Source: Promethearchaeia archaeon (lineage in GTDB: Archaea; Asgardarchaeota; Lokiarchaeia; Sigyniarchaeales; SOKP01). Taken from it: a stretch of 38,456 nt of DNA. A program made the translations under genes and the position numbers. This document shows, one piece after another, positions 38,364 to 38,456 of this stretch. Within the stretch, counting starts at the first letter, position 1. Each line of letters starts with the position of its first letter. Below the pieces are notes generated by a model, which saw only the letters and a list, made by a program, of their open reading frames with translations, was not told the origin of the DNA and ran no database searches. The stretch is from assembly GCA_046483985.1 (NCBI GenBank), contig JAWOCD010000042.1, positions 1-38,456 on the forward strand, written 5' to 3'.

Positions 38364-38456
38364 TTCATTGAGAATTGCCGACACAGATAACATCGGTCTT
38401 ACATCCTCTCCAAACGCCATCCTCGCACTTCCTGCGATTATATGATGAACGTGGTT
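38352..38456 (-). mobile_element. Partial third copy of the IS200/IS605 mini-element (omegaRNA-like part)
   Basis: Aligns with 21592 onward (ATGGATT..TAATTCAT.GAGAAT.GCCGACACAGATAAC.TCGGTCTTACAT.CTCTCCAAACGCC). Most of the terminal hairpin and the TCAA are absent; runs off the window end. Confidence 0.85.

Noticed and set aside
1-38456. CRISPR array, selenoprotein TGA read-through, lanthipeptide cluster
   Set aside because: No regularly spaced direct repeats; no TGA at a conserved Cys position noticed; no precursor or dehydratase near the LanC-like gene.

Overview
AT-rich archaeal chromosomal window, most likely an Asgard archaeon (Lokiarchaeia-like). This assignment is inferred from roadblock/longin-type proteins, eS26, and archaeal TFB/Gar1/DnaG/eIF6. 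Content is mostly housekeeping: fumarate hydratase subunits, MobB, lipid genes, tRNA-modification genes (trmY, arcS, raSEA), ahcY, a Get3/ArsA-like ATPase, the eS19-PDCD5-eL39-eL31-eIF6-eL20-pfdA-ftsY-secE cluster, yhbY-rpp21-nep1 and tRNA-Gly(TCC). Main findings: (1) dnaG is split inside its conserved GAIFGQ|TEGLL motif by a 38-nt, stop-containing insert whose junctions form a bulge-helix-bulge, a candidate endonuclease-spliced mRNA intron. (2) Several genes (tfb, an OsmC-like gene, a response regulator, a hydrolase, possibly trmY) appear to initiate at ATT/ATA, some behind GGTG(A)-N7 Shine-Dalgarno motifs. (3) Two complete and one partial ~225-bp protein-less IS200/IS605 mini-elements have IS608-like ends, a TATA box and a probable TnpB omegaRNA scaffold. 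(4) A receiver-longin-like fusion sits next to roadblock genes. (5) A large secreted, membrane-anchored LanC-like protein lacks the usual zinc motifs. All family calls are from motif recognition, without database searches.
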